NCBI GenBank assembly: GCA_013239625.1
Contig: MU054187.1
Coordinates: 13,424,974 to 13,488,973 of the forward strand
DNA from: Lama guanicoe
Taxonomy: Eukaryota
Reading direction: 5' to 3'
Length of the DNA stretch: 64,000 nucleotides
The notes under the pieces are model-generated. The model was given only the letters and a program-made list of their open reading frames with translations, was not told the origin of the DNA and searched no databases. A program made the translations under genes and the position numbers. Each line of letters starts with the position of its first letter. Positions within the stretch are counted from its first letter, which is position 1. Below, one piece after another: positions 63,321-64,000 of the stretch.

Positions 63321-63745
63321 TTCTTTTTTTTTTTTCTAGCTTTATTGAGATATAATTGACACATAACATGAGTTTAAGGTATACAGTGTGTTGATTTGAA
63401 ACAGTTATAAAATGCAAAATGATTTTACCACCATAGTATTAGCTACTACCTCTATCCTATCACATAGATCCTATTTCTTTTTTTTTTTTTTTGTAGTGAG
63501 AGCATTTAAGATCTCCTCTCTTAGATTGGCAGGTGAGGGAAGGAGATGGAGAGAGAGCCGTTCACTATGTGCATTTTTGTGTGTTTTGGGTTTTGAACCA
63601 TGTGAATGGATTAGCCATTCAAAAATTAAAATGAAATTAAAAATAAAACTGCCCAAGGATACGTACAGACACATAAAATTTAGTCTTTCAAACTGTTCAG
63701 GTATATGGTACAGTGTTATGAACTATAATCACCATGCTGTACTTT
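63321..63745 (-). mobile_element. L1MA-like 3' end interrupted by an unrelated ~165-bp segment
   Basis: gctttattgagatataattgac...gcatttaagatctcctctctta, resuming aactgttcaggtatatggtacagtgttatgaactataatcaccatgctgtac. Confidence 0.8.
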
Positions 63746-64000
63746 TTATTTAATCTTCCCTTTTGGAAGACTAGTCTCTCAGTCATGAACTTCAGCTTCT
63801 GGCCCTCCTTCTGCTCTTGAGCGAACTCTTTCAGAGAACTGATGCTGTCATTCACTGTGCCCACCTGCTGGGGTAGACATGTTTTCAGGGCCTGGCTGGC
63901 CCTGAAGCTCATCCTCTGTTCCATGTGCTGCTCCATGTGATAGGTCTTAACTGAATATCTGTCAAATGAATGAATCAGCCAGCCAAGAAAGTTTAATTTT

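Noticed and set aside
62863..63960. Minus-strand ORFs (137 aa, 79 aa) as exons of one gene
   Set aside because: No recognisable homology or consistent splice sites; the 79-aa ORF runs into L1 sequence

Overview
This is mammalian genomic DNA, most likely camelid (Camelus/Vicugna). The assignment rests on two tRNA-derived Vic-1-like SINEs and artiodactyl-type L1 3' tails. No intact protein-coding gene, rRNA, tRNA gene or CRISPR array can be supported, and the window looks intergenic or deep-intronic. It is dominated by interspersed repeats: L1, L2, MIR, MaLR/ERVL LTRs, and Tigger/hAT DNA-transposon relics. The richest structure is a decayed ~6.7 kb minus-strand ERV1-class provirus (40967-47701). 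It has a tRNA-Leu primer-binding site, gag zinc-knuckle, integrase and env immunosuppressive-domain remnants, a partly deleted 3' LTR, and a nested opposite-strand solo LTR with a 5-bp target-site duplication (TSD). Unique stretches hold candidate CTCF sites, enhancer-like motifs, possible non-coding exons and one unexplained ~160-codon ORF. I found no convincing new biological system. Repeat subfamily names are from recognition by eye, and boundaries are approximate unless TSDs or terminal repeats are quoted.
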